From: Bryobacterales bacterium
GTDB lineage: Bacteria > Acidobacteriota > Terriglobia > Bryobacterales > UBA6623
NCBI GenBank assembly: GCA_965263255.1
Contig: CBDHHA010000008.1
Span: 807,006 to 871,005 of the forward strand
DNA: 64,000 nucleotides
Direction of reading: 5' to 3'
Below the pieces are notes generated by a model. It was not told the DNA's origin. It saw only the letters and a program-made list of their open reading frames with translations, and ran no database searches. The translations under genes and the position numbers were made by a program. Below are positions 20,196-29,616 of this stretch, piece after piece; the stretch's first letter is position 1; each line of letters opens with the position of its first letter.

Positions 20196-20930
20196 ATGGC
20201 AGGAGTCGGCACTGTGGAACCCGCTCGGACTCTCGCCATAGACATCGGTGGCTCCGGATTGAAGGTCATGGCGCTTGGCCCGTCCGGGGAGCCGCTCAAT
20301 GAGCGCTCTCGCTGCCTGACGCCGGATCCAGCTACACCGGAACAGGTTCTCCAGGTGCTGGAGGTGATGGCGGAGGACCAGCCCGGTTTCGACCGCGTGG
20401 CCGCTGGTTTTCCGGGTGTTGTCCGCGATGGAGTCACGCTGACGGCAGTCAACCTGCACGAGAGCTGGGTCGGGTTCGATCTCAGGGCCGCGCTGGAGCG
20501 GATGACCGGCAGGCCGGCTCGAGTGGCGAATGACGCTGACGTGCAGGGGCTCGCCGTGATCGAGGGTCGCGGCCTGGAGTTCGTGCTGACTCTCGGAACA
20601 GGCCTTGGCTCCGCGCTGTACGTTGACGCCCGGCTGGTCCCGAACATGGAAATCGCTCACCACGTCTTCCGAAATGACCTGACGTACGAGGACTGCCTCG
20701 GCAAGGAGGCGCTTGTGCGGTTGGGCAAGGAGGTTTGGAACCAGCGTTTGGTGGAGGCTGTCCAACAGCTCGAGCACGCGTTCAACTACGACAGGCTCTA
20801 CATTGGCGGGGGGAATTCGGGCAAGGTGGCGAAGGACCTGCTGCCCGAGAACGTCACGATCGTTTCCAACAAGGCCGGCCTGCTCGGTTGCATCCGGCTC
20901 TGGGACAGCGCTGCGCCCCGTCCCTCCTAG
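20196..20930 (+). CDS. ROK family kinase (polyphosphate glucokinase-like)
   Basis: LAIDIGGSGLK, GFPGVV, NDAD, LTLGTGLGSAL, PNMEIAH, YIGGGN. Confidence 0.85.
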   Translation: MAGVGTVEPARTLAIDIGGSGLKVMALGPSGEPLNERSRCLTPDPATPEQVLQVLEVMAEDQPGFDRVAAGFPGVVRDGVTLTAVNLHESWVGFDLRAALERMTGRPARVANDADVQGLAVIEGRGLEFVLTLGTGLGSALYVDARLVPNMEIAHHVFRNDLTYEDCLGKEALVRLGKEVWNQRLVEAVQQLEHAFNYDRLYIGGGNSGKVAKDLLPENVTIVSNKAGLLGCIRLWDSAAPRPS

Positions 20931-21179
20931 CCGGGATCGCCCGGGCGCATATGGAATGTGCTTCTGGCCCGGGAGGGGCGAGTCCTGCCCGGCGTTCCTC
21001 CCCGCCGACGCCGACGAGACACGAGGCGGCAGCCCCCGGGTGCCGGGCGGTGTCGGATCAATCTCCGCACTGCATTGGGAGAAGCCTGCCGCGAGCCCCC
21101 CTTCGGCGTCCGGCTTCGCTCCGTTCGCGTCGAGCGCTCCCTGTTGCCGTCGACTCAGCCAACCGTCCTGTGCCGAGGG

Positions 21180-22169
21180 CTAGCGGTCAGCCCAGAGCGC
21201 AGTGATCTCGGGGCGCTTCTCGAGGAATTCCTCCGCGAGATCCGGGCCGAGGGCTATCAGTGCAGTGGCCGTCCCGTCCGCTTCCAACGCCGTCGGGGCG
21301 ATTACGCTGACGGCCCGCGCCGGGTCGGCGCAGCCGTCGCCCGAGCGGCTCAAGATGTGGGAGCAGGGCCGGTCGCCAAGCCGGAAGCGCCGTTCGCGGC
21401 TCCCCGATGTCGAGACGCCTTCGTTGCTGAGCAGGAGCTTCCGTTCCACCGAGCCGCGCGGTCCCAGCCGGTCGAGGCCAATGGGCCAGCCGGCAGCGTC
21501 GGGCGGAGGGTCGCCGACGGCGATGTCGCCAGCCACGGCAACCATCGCGCGGGGAACACCCCTCATCCGAACCTTGGCGAGGGCCTCGTCCGCAATGTAG
21601 CCCTTCGCGATGCCCCCTAGGTCCAGCTGCATGCCGCGGTGCGCAAGCGAGACCGTCCGTGTTTCCATGTCCAGGCTGATCCCTTCCCATCCGGTTCGGC
21701 TCCACGCCTCGCGCAACAGCTCCTCCTCGGGCCCGCCAAGCGGCCGGCTCTCGGCCCTGAGTAGCCTCGTCACGCTGCCTAGCGTCGGATCGAACGCTCC
21801 GCCGGAGTCGCGGGCCAGGCGCAGTGCTTGCTCCAGCAAGAAGGCGAATTCCGGTGAAACGGGGACTGGCTCGCGCCAGGCGGTCGTCTCAAGGAGCCTC
21901 AGCTCGGAGTCTTCCCGGTAGCTCGAGAACCTGGCGGCGAGAGACCCTATGCGGTCGAAAGCCTCCCGGAACGTTCGAGGCGGGCTGGCGTCCGGAGGGA
22001 AGTAGGCGGCGATGCGCACCACGATCCCCATGTGGGTCTCTTCGGCGACATGCAAGCGCAGCGGCTCGCCGTAGGCGTTCGGCTGGAGCGCCGCGAGGCC
22101 TGCGCAGGCGATCCAGAGGCACCAGAGGCCCGGCCTAGTCCCTCCCGGTCGCCGAGTTCCAATAGCCAT
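21180..22169 (-). CDS. apbE: FAD:protein FMN transferase
   Basis: HMG, FSSYREDSEL, GAFDPTLG, LDLGGIAKGY, GDI, STSG, SHI, ADGTATAL. Confidence 0.92.
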   Translation of the reverse strand: MAIGTRRPGGTRPGLWCLWIACAGLAALQPNAYGEPLRLHVAEETHMGIVVRIAAYFPPDASPPRTFREAFDRIGSLAARFSSYREDSELRLLETTAWREPVPVSPEFAFLLEQALRLARDSGGAFDPTLGSVTRLLRAESRPLGGPEEELLREAWSRTGWEGISLDMETRTVSLAHRGMQLDLGGIAKGYIADEALAKVRMRGVPRAMVAVAGDIAVGDPPPDAAGWPIGLDRLGPRGSVERKLLLSNEGVSTSGSRERRFRLGDRPCSHILSRSGDGCADPARAVSVIAPTALEADGTATALIALGPDLAEEFLEKRPEITALWADR

Positions 22170-23478
22170 ACATCTCTTCAGGGGATGGGACTCGAACCGG
22201 GCGGACCAGCCGGAATCCCAGCCATTGGGCATCGGTGTGATACCAGATGCTCTTTGGGAGCTGCGGATCCTGCATCTTCCACGAGTCGTCGGAGGCCCGG
22301 CGCGCTCCGCACCGCAGTGCGGGCGCGTCATCCATCCACGAGCCGCCGCGAGCTACGCGGGGGTAGAGGCTCTCGGCCCGTGCCCAAGGGTTGGCTGCGA
22401 CTTCCGCTACGTCCGCGTACGAGGGCTCGTACCGGTCCAGGGTCCACTCCCAGACGTTCCCGTGCATGTCGAACAGCCCCCAGGCATTGGCCTGCTTCGT
22501 TCCAACCCGCTGGTACTGGGCGTCGCTGTTCTCCCAGTACCAGCCATGGTCGGCCAGGGCCTCAGTCGTGTCGCCGAACGAATAGGCCGACACGCTGCCT
22601 GCCCGGCAGGCGTATTCCCATTCGGCCTCCGTCGGGAGGCGGTAGAAGCGGCCCGTCTTGGCACTGAGCCATTGCGCGTACTTGCTGGCGCCGTGCTGGG
22701 TCATGCTGATGGCCGGATAGCCCGTGATTCCCATGCCAAAGCTCATCTCCATGTAAGGCGGTGTCGGGCTCGAAACAGCCGCCACCAACCTGTCCGGATC
22801 CGTGTAGCCTTCTGCCTCCCTCAGCATGAAGCTCCGATAGGCGTCCCAGCTGGTCTCGTGTGCCGCCATCCAGAATCCGTCTACCTGGACCCGCCTTTGC
22901 GGTCCTTCGTCGTCGCTCCGGCCGGCCTCGCCGGCTGGAGTCCCCATCACGAACTCCCCCGCCGGTATCGGGACCATGCGCAAGGCGGCGTTGGTTCTGG
23001 GAACGGCTTCCTCGTACGCGTCGAAGCCCTGCTCTTCCTCGGAGCGCTTGGCAATCCTGCGATGGATCTGGCGGACGACGTCCATTTCCTCGCTGTCGCG
23101 AGCTTCGGGCGAAGGTCTGGGTGCAATTCCGAGAGGGCCGCTCCATTCCGCACCGTCCAGTATCCAGGCACGCACGCTGGCGATTTCCGACTCGGTGGGC
23201 TGCGGACCGCCCGGAGGCATCGATCCGGGCGAGTCGGCAGGCAGTTCCATCCTGGCCAGCAGCGGGCTCGAGCCTGGCTTGCCCGGCAGGACCGACGGAC
23301 CGCTCGCTCCGCCCGACCGGGCAGCCTCCTCCGTTTCGAGGCTGAGCCCGCCGAGCTTGTTGGCATCCAGATGGCAGGACAGGCAGCGCGCCTCGAGGAA
23401 CGGGCGGATGTCCGCGTCGAAGTCCACCGCGCTCGCGACAGGAGCCACGGCTAGCGCTAACAGTAGCGGCGCGCGCAC
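22135..23478 (-). CDS. planctomycete-type cytochrome c domain + FGE-sulfatase (SUMF1-like) domain protein
   Basis: Signal peptide; VDFDADIRPFLEARCLSCH (CxxCH)...MPP...WILDGA; YRLPTEAEWEYACRAG, DMHGNVWEW, RGGSW, LGFRLVRP. Confidence 0.9.
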   Translation of the reverse strand: MRAPLLLALAVAPVASAVDFDADIRPFLEARCLSCHLDANKLGGLSLETEEAARSGGASGPSVLPGKPGSSPLLARMELPADSPGSMPPGGPQPTESEIASVRAWILDGAEWSGPLGIAPRPSPEARDSEEMDVVRQIHRRIAKRSEEEQGFDAYEEAVPRTNAALRMVPIPAGEFVMGTPAGEAGRSDDEGPQRRVQVDGFWMAAHETSWDAYRSFMLREAEGYTDPDRLVAAVSSPTPPYMEMSFGMGITGYPAISMTQHGASKYAQWLSAKTGRFYRLPTEAEWEYACRAGSVSAYSFGDTTEALADHGWYWENSDAQYQRVGTKQANAWGLFDMHGNVWEWTLDRYEPSYADVAEVAANPWARAESLYPRVARGGSWMDDAPALRCGARRASDDSWKMQDPQLPKSIWYHTDAQWLGFRLVRPVRVPSPEEMYGYWNSATGRD

Positions 23479-23480
23479 GG

Positions 23481-24761
23481 TCAGACGAACTCGGTCCGGC
23501 CCGGCCGCGCCAATGGCGGGACGTCCAGGGCCATGTCCCAGCGCAGGTCGTCGGGGAATCTCTTCTCCCGAGACTGCATGGCCTGGTCCCATGTCAGTTC
23601 CTGGCCCGTATACGCCGCCATTCTTCCGAGTATCGCAAGCAAGGTGCTGTGCGCCATCCGCACTCCGTCGTTGACGGGTTCCGAGCGCCGAATCGCTCGG
23701 AACAGCACGTCGTGCTCCACCTGGTACATGTTCTGCTGCTGCCCGCGGAAGACCCAGGGGCTCTCGCCCTCGATTCGGGGCATCAGGCCCCGGCCGATCG
23801 TCAGCTTTCCCTTGGTTCCGAGGATGTAGTCCGCGTTCTCGCGGTGGCAGCCGCTAATCTGGCGGCACGCCATGAAGGCCCGCACGCCGCCCGGGTACAG
23901 GTAGTTGACCTCGAAGTGATCAAAGATGTTGCCGTCGTGGGCCGGGATCTGGCGACCGCCCACCGCGACGCAGCTCTCGGGCGGCTTGTCGCCAAGGGCC
24001 CAGGCGATCTTGTCCACGCTGTGGACGGCCTGTTCCACGAGGCCGTCGCCGCAGGTCCAGACGAAGTTGTACCAGTTGCGGATCTGCCACTCGACATCGC
24101 TCATCCCAAGAGGACGCTCGTAGGCTGGCGGCATCGGCTTGACAGGATTCGTGTAGAAGGTCGCGTAGTAGGCGACGATGTCGCCGATCGCACCGGAATG
24201 GACCTGTTCCATCGCGGCTTGAATCATGTTGTTGTACCGCCAGCAGAATCCCGCGACGAGCGACAGGTCCTTGGTCTCCGCTATCCGCACGGTCTCCAGG
24301 ACGGACCGCACTCCCGGCGCGTCGACCGCCATCGGCTTCTCGCAGAAGACGTGCTTTCCGGCCTCGACGCAAGCCCTCAGGTGCGAAGGGCGGAATCCCG
24401 GAGGCGTCGCCAGCAAGACAACGTCCACGCCGCTGTCGATGACGGACTGGAACGCGTCCAGGCCCAGGTACTGGTCCCGCTTGCGGACGCGGACTTTCTT
24501 CTTGCCTTCATGGCGCTTCTCGACCTCCGCCAGGCACCGGTCGATCCGCTCCTGGTCCACGTCCGCAACCGCTGTTAGGACCGCGTAGTCGTCCGCCTGG
24601 AGTGCTTGAGCCGCGGCGCCCGTACCTCGGCCGCCGCAGCCGACGAGACCAACCTTGATCTCCTGGCCGACCTCGGCTGCTCGCAGGAAGGCGGCTGTTC
24701 CCGCTGACGCGGCGGCCCCGTGCAGGAATCGCCGTCGCGACGGATTCTGGGTAGCGGGCAT
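23481..24761 (-). CDS. Gfo/Idh/MocA family oxidoreductase, Tat-exported
   Basis: SRRRFL Tat motif; KVGLVGCGGRGTGAA; KHVFCEKPMAVD; EQAVHSVD. Confidence 0.93.
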   Translation of the reverse strand: MPATQNPSRRRFLHGAAASAGTAAFLRAAEVGQEIKVGLVGCGGRGTGAAAQALQADDYAVLTAVADVDQERIDRCLAEVEKRHEGKKKVRVRKRDQYLGLDAFQSVIDSGVDVVLLATPPGFRPSHLRACVEAGKHVFCEKPMAVDAPGVRSVLETVRIAETKDLSLVAGFCWRYNNMIQAAMEQVHSGAIGDIVAYYATFYTNPVKPMPPAYERPLGMSDVEWQIRNWYNFVWTCGDGLVEQAVHSVDKIAWALGDKPPESCVAVGGRQIPAHDGNIFDHFEVNYLYPGGVRAFMACRQISGCHRENADYILGTKGKLTIGRGLMPRIEGESPWVFRGQQQNMYQVEHDVLFRAIRRSEPVNDGVRMAHSTLLAILGRMAAYTGQELTWDQAMQSREKRFPDDLRWDMALDVPPLARPGRTEFV

Positions 24762-25007
24762 CTCGCCCCTCGGTGGTGTCATCGTCTTGCATTGTCGCCG
24801 ATACCGCACGCTCGTTGCTCCCATCGATGACCCACGTCCCGGTACCCATGCTTACGAGTGCCGGCCTGTACCCCAGCCGCGACCGAATTCGTCCAATCAG
24901 TTGCAATCGCAGCAGGCCTGCGCCTTGCTAGGACGTGGCGTTCTCGCCACGGGGCGGGCTTGGGTGCAAGCGAAGGAAAGGCGGACTCGACGGGCTCCAT
25001 GACTCCC

Positions 25008-25979
25008 ATGCCGAGACTGGGCGTTGGCAGGCTGCGGACCACTTTGGGATTCGCCGGCCGTCGGCCAGCGATCCTCGGGGGCCTCATGGCGGCACTGATC
25101 ATGTTCTGGTCCGGGCCCTTGCTTGCGGAGCCGTCCGGAAACGGGGAGCCGGGGCCCGATGAAGGCGAGGCCGGCTTGCAGCTCTTCGACGTCGTCCTGC
25201 TGGACAGCCGGGACGGCTTCGCCATCGAGCCGGACGCCAAGTTCCTGCCCGGCGAGCGAGTCCACCTTTACCTTCAGGTCTCGGGGTACAGCATCGGTCG
25301 CGAGGACCGCGTCCGATTGACGCATGAGTTGCGGGCCCTCGATCCTAGCGGCCGGGCCTTCTACCCTCCCGAGCGCGGGGGATACGACACCGAGCTCGCG
25401 CCTCAGGACGAGAACTGGAAGCCCGTCGTGAGGTACTCCCCGCTAATCCCGGAGCACGCTTTCGGCGGGACCTTCGCGATTCGCGTGAAGGTGACCGACG
25501 AGCTGGCTGGTGCGTCCGTCAGCGAGGAAGTGTCGTTCGAGGTCAACGCTCCGCGGATCGACCCGGATCAGGGTCTGCTGGTCCGCGGCTTCCGATTCCG
25601 GCACCACCCAAGCGATCCGTACGCATGGGAATCCCCCGACGACCCGGCCGGCGGCGCCCCGGAGCATTCGATCGCCCGCCCCGGAGAGCAGATCTCAGCA
25701 TCGTTCTTCATCACTGGCTACGAGGTCCGGGACGACAACACCTTCGACGTCGAGTCGCAGGCCTGGCTCTTGGATTCCGAGGGCCGGAAACTCGTCGACT
25801 TCGGTGTCACGAGGGAGTCCGGAAGGCCCTACTATCCGCGCTTGTGGCTGCCCGGCAGCATCCGGATACAGCTCGATCCGGAGATTGCCCCCGGCGACTA
25901 TCCGGTCAGGATCCGGGTTCGGGACCGAATCGCGGGCACGGAGAAGGTACACGAGGCACCTCTCCAGGTCCGCCCCTGA
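25008..25979 (+). CDS. hypothetical exported protein with two tandem Ig-like domains
   Basis: Internal duplication: PGERVHLYLQVSGY...GTFAIRVKVTDELAG vs PGEQISASFFITGY...GDYPVRIRVRDRIAG. Start uncertain. Confidence 0.7.
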   Translation: MPRLGVGRLRTTLGFAGRRPAILGGLMAALIMFWSGPLLAEPSGNGEPGPDEGEAGLQLFDVVLLDSRDGFAIEPDAKFLPGERVHLYLQVSGYSIGREDRVRLTHELRALDPSGRAFYPPERGGYDTELAPQDENWKPVVRYSPLIPEHAFGGTFAIRVKVTDELAGASVSEEVSFEVNAPRIDPDQGLLVRGFRFRHHPSDPYAWESPDDPAGGAPEHSIARPGEQISASFFITGYEVRDDNTFDVESQAWLLDSEGRKLVDFGVTRESGRPYYPRLWLPGSIRIQLDPEIAPGDYPVRIRVRDRIAGTEKVHEAPLQVRP

Positions 25980-26002
25980 GGGGACGGCGGTATAATTGCC
26001 CG

Positions 26003-26587
26003 GTGGCACTGACAGAATCCACCATGCTGCCGCTTGGCACGGCAGCTCCTGACTTCGCTCTCGCCGACGTGGTCTCCGGCGGAATCGTCTCGCTCGCCGA
26101 TGTCTCCGACGGCCAGCGTGGACTCCTCGTCATGTTCATCTGCGCGCACTGCCCGTTCGTGATCCATGTCCAGGACGAGCTCGCCCGCCTCGGCAACGAC
26201 TATGCAGGGAAGGGACTCGGGATCGTGGCGATTTCCTCCAACAGCGTGGTCACCCATCCCGATGACGCGCCGGACAAGCTCAAGGCCATGGCCGCCAGGC
26301 TCGGGTTCGGCTTCCCGTACCTCTACGACGAGTCGCAGTCCGTCGCCAAGGCCTACACCGCCGCATGCACGCCTGACTTCTTCCTCTTCGATAGCGGGAA
26401 TCGACTCGCCTATCGCGGCCGCCTCGATGCCAGCCGGCCCGGCAACGGGATTCCCGTTGACGGACGCGATCTTCGTGCGGCGATCGATGCCGTGCTGGCG
26501 GCCGACGAGATGCCTGCGGTCCAGCACCCCAGCGCCGGCTGCAATATCAAGTGGGCGCCGGGACAGGCCCCGGCCTACTTCGGCTGA
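26003..26587 (+). CDS. thioredoxin family (AhpC/TSA-like) protein
   Basis: APDF, FICAHCPFV, YTAACTPDFFLFD, GCNIKW; GTG 6 nt after TATAAT. Confidence 0.9.
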   Translation: MALTESTMLPLGTAAPDFALADVVSGGIVSLADVSDGQRGLLVMFICAHCPFVIHVQDELARLGNDYAGKGLGIVAISSNSVVTHPDDAPDKLKAMAARLGFGFPYLYDESQSVAKAYTAACTPDFFLFDSGNRLAYRGRLDASRPGNGIPVDGRDLRAAIDAVLAADEMPAVQHPSAGCNIKWAPGQAPAYFG

Positions 26588-26611
26588 CCTCCCTCTCGTT
26601 CCCCCACGGGC

Positions 26612-28957
26612 GTGACTTCCAGGATCTCCCCGGCTGCCGCGTTTGCGCTTCTTCCCTTGGCCGTGCTGCCGACGGTCTCGCACGCGCAGGGCGTGTCCGA
26701 AATTGAGGAGGGAAGGAAAGCCTTCGAGGTCCACTGCGCAAGCTGTCACGGGGGTGACGGCAGGGGCGGGGAATACGCTCCCGACATCGTGACACCGGGC
26801 GTGGCCCTGGCGCGCTCGGACGACGAGTTGCGCGAAATAATCCGCAACGGACTGCCGGACCGCGGAATGCCCGGCATTGCCGTTGAGGAACCGGCACTGA
26901 CCCGGATCGCGGCCTATTACGGGTCGCTGACCCGTCCCGCTGCGACGAGCTCCGTCGCCGGCGATCCCATCCGCGGGGAGGAGCTGTTCGCCGGCCTGGG
27001 CTGCGCCGGCTGCCACGTGCACGGGCCGCAGAGCCGGGTCGCCGGGCCGGATCTGGCGAGGGTAGGTGCCGAGCGGACGCTGGAGCAGATCCGCCGTTCG
27101 GTGCTGGACCCCGACTCCCTGATCGCCGACGGCTACGGCGTGGTCGAAGTCCGGCGGGCCGACGGCACCAAGGTCCGCGGCTTCGCAAGGAACCGCAGCA
27201 GTCTCGACTTGCAATTGCAGACCTTCGACGGCCGGTTCGAGTTCATCGGATCGGACGGCTGGCTCAGCGTGACCGACCATCCCGGATCCCTGATGCCCCG
27301 GCTCGATCTTTCCGACGAGGATTTTTCCGACCTGCTTGCGTTTCTCGGTCGGCAGGACGGTTCGGGCTCGCTGGCGACGCACGGGCGGCGGCAGTTCCAG
27401 GGGGGCGATGCCGCATTCGACCGCATCCTCCGACCCAGGCCCGGCGAGTGGCCGACCTACAACGGAAGGCTGGACGGCAACCGGCATAGCCAGCTCGACC
27501 AGATTCACCACGGCAGCGTCGCGAGCCTCGAAGTTGCGTGGATGTATCCGATGGAGTCTCCGAACCTGCTCGAGACCACGCCGGTCGTCGTCGATGGCGT
27601 CATGTACGTGACATTCGCCAACGAGGTCCATGCCCTCGACGCGCTACACGGCCGCCGGATCTGGACCTACAGCGAGCCCCGCACTCCGGGGATTCTCGGA
27701 GCCGCGGCCCGGGCGGCGAACCGGGGGGTCGCCCTGCTCGGCAACCGGGTCTTCGTCGTAACCGACCATGCCCACCTTCTCGCGCTCGACCGCCTAACCG
27801 GGCGCAAGGTCTGGGACGTCGAGATGGCCGACTACCGCCAGAACTACAATGCCACCGCCGCCCCGCTCGTGATCCGGGACCTCGTGATATCCGGGGTCTC
27901 CGGCGGCGATCAGGGCGTGCGCGGGTTCCTCGCGGCCTACGACGCCGCTTCGGGCGAGGAACGCTGGCGCTTCTGGACCGTCCCGCTGCCGGGCGAGGCG
28001 CTGTCGGAGACGTGGAAGGGATCCGTCCTGCCGCACGGATGCGCCACCACTTGGCTCACCGGCACGTACGATGCCGGCCTCGACCTGCTCTACTGGCCGA
28101 CCGGCAATCCGTGCCCCGACATGAACGGAGACGAGCGCCTGGGCGACAACCTGTACTCGAACAGCGTGCTCGCCCTCCGGCCGGGCACCGGGGAACTGGT
28201 CTGGCACTTCCAGTACACCCCGCACGACGAGCATGACTGGGACGCTGTCCAGACTCCCGTCCTAGCCGACATGGATTGGAACGGCGAGCCGCGGAATCTG
28301 CTCATCCATGCCAATCGGAACGGATTCTTCTATGTGCTGGACCGCGTCGACGGGCAGCTGCTGCTGGCCGAGCCCTTCATCCGCAAGCTGACCTGGGCGG
28401 AGCGCATCGGGTCCGACGGCAGGCCGGTGCTTGTCCCCGGCACGCGGCCCACGCCGGGCGGCAACCTTGTGTGCCCGGGCTTGCAGGGGGCGACGAACTG
28501 GCCCGCCAAGTCCTTCGATCCGGCCTCGGGGCTGTTCTTCACGCTGGCGTCGGAATTCTGCCACGTCTTTACCAAGCGCAGCGAGACCTGGGAGGCCGGC
28601 AAGCCCTTCTACGGCGGCACCGCCAGGGAGCCGGTCGGCGAGCCGGGAGAGCGTTACCTGCGGGCGATTGACGTGTCGACCGGCAGGATCGCCTGGGAGC
28701 GGAAGCTCGGGGACTCGGTCCGCGCCAACTGGTCGGGGGTGCTGTCCACCGCCGGAGGCCTCGTCTTCTTCGCCGACAACCAAGGCACCTTCCATGCCGC
28801 CCGCATCGCCGACGGCCGGCTGCTCTGGAGCCGCCATCTCAACGCACGGGTCCGGGCGTCGCCGATGACCTACACGGCCGGAGGGCGCCAGTTCGTCGCC
28901 GTTGCCGCCGGGACCAGCGTCGTGTCATTCGCCGCGCGCGACAGCGGCGCCCGTTGA
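26612..28957 (+). CDS. PQQ-binding beta-propeller dehydrogenase fused to two N-terminal cytochrome c domains
   Basis: CASCH and CAGCH heme motifs; WPTYNG, ETTPVVVDGVMY, NRGVA, YWPTGNP, TPHDEHDWDAVQ, RNGFFYVLDR, GATNW. Confidence 0.9.
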   Translation: MTSRISPAAAFALLPLAVLPTVSHAQGVSEIEEGRKAFEVHCASCHGGDGRGGEYAPDIVTPGVALARSDDELREIIRNGLPDRGMPGIAVEEPALTRIAAYYGSLTRPAATSSVAGDPIRGEELFAGLGCAGCHVHGPQSRVAGPDLARVGAERTLEQIRRSVLDPDSLIADGYGVVEVRRADGTKVRGFARNRSSLDLQLQTFDGRFEFIGSDGWLSVTDHPGSLMPRLDLSDEDFSDLLAFLGRQDGSGSLATHGRRQFQGGDAAFDRILRPRPGEWPTYNGRLDGNRHSQLDQIHHGSVASLEVAWMYPMESPNLLETTPVVVDGVMYVTFANEVHALDALHGRRIWTYSEPRTPGILGAAARAANRGVALLGNRVFVVTDHAHLLALDRLTGRKVWDVEMADYRQNYNATAAPLVIRDLVISGVSGGDQGVRGFLAAYDAASGEERWRFWTVPLPGEALSETWKGSVLPHGCATTWLTGTYDAGLDLLYWPTGNPCPDMNGDERLGDNLYSNSVLALRPGTGELVWHFQYTPHDEHDWDAVQTPVLADMDWNGEPRNLLIHANRNGFFYVLDRVDGQLLLAEPFIRKLTWAERIGSDGRPVLVPGTRPTPGGNLVCPGLQGATNWPAKSFDPASGLFFTLASEFCHVFTKRSETWEAGKPFYGGTAREPVGEPGERYLRAIDVSTGRIAWERKLGDSVRANWSGVLSTAGGLVFFADNQGTFHAARIADGRLLWSRHLNARVRASPMTYTAGGRQFVAVAAGTSVVSFAARDSGAR

Positions 28958-29054
28958 GCGGGCGTTCCCGACCCGGGCGCATTTCCCCCTCGTGCCGGCT
29001 GGGGCATTCCCGCCGGGCCGGGAGGAAAGTGCGGCGAGTGGGTCGGGCAGGGGC

Positions 29055-29426
29055 CTACGCGGCCTTGCTGTAGCCCGCCGGGGCTTCGGCCACGCCCGTG
29101 CAGTCGTACTCGTCCTGGCAGTACACGCAGAGCGTAGTCCACGGGATTGCCTCGAGCCGATTCGGGTTGATTTCGGCGCCGCAGTCCTGGCAGATGCCGT
29201 ACTCGTTCGCGTCGAGCAGCTTGAGGGCCGTTTCGACTCCCCGCCGGATTTCCCAGTCGTTGTTGATCACGCTGATGGTTAGATCCATCTCGAAGCGGTT
29301 CTGCATCTGATCCATGGGATCGTTGCAGCGCTCGCGGATCAACTCGTCCCGGTTGTCCCTGCGGGTCAGGTCCTCGAGCTTCGCCAGCAGCTGCTGGCGA
29401 ACGGTGTTCTTCTTCTCGTCCAGCAT
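29055..29426 (-). CDS. TraR/DksA C4-type zinc finger protein
   Basis: YGICQDCGAEINPNRLEAIPWTTLCVYCQ; DxxD coiled-coil tip; SD AGGAGA. Confidence 0.9.
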   Translation of the reverse strand: MLDEKKNTVRQQLLAKLEDLTRRDNRDELIRERCNDPMDQMQNRFEMDLTISVINNDWEIRRGVETALKLLDANEYGICQDCGAEINPNRLEAIPWTTLCVYCQDEYDCTGVAEAPAGYSKAA

Positions 29427-29616
29427 TGTCCTTCTCTCCTTGCGGTTGATCCAGAGTGAGCGTGTTTGCTGACAGGTCGCCGTCCGCGTAGCCGGGACGA
29501 CTTCTCACTCGGTTCGATTGCCTTAACTCGATTAGTATAGATGGAAACCACCGGCAAGTGGTTGCACTCTTGTAAAAAAAATCAATTTATTTCGCTCCGC
29601 GGCCCCAAAATCGCGT

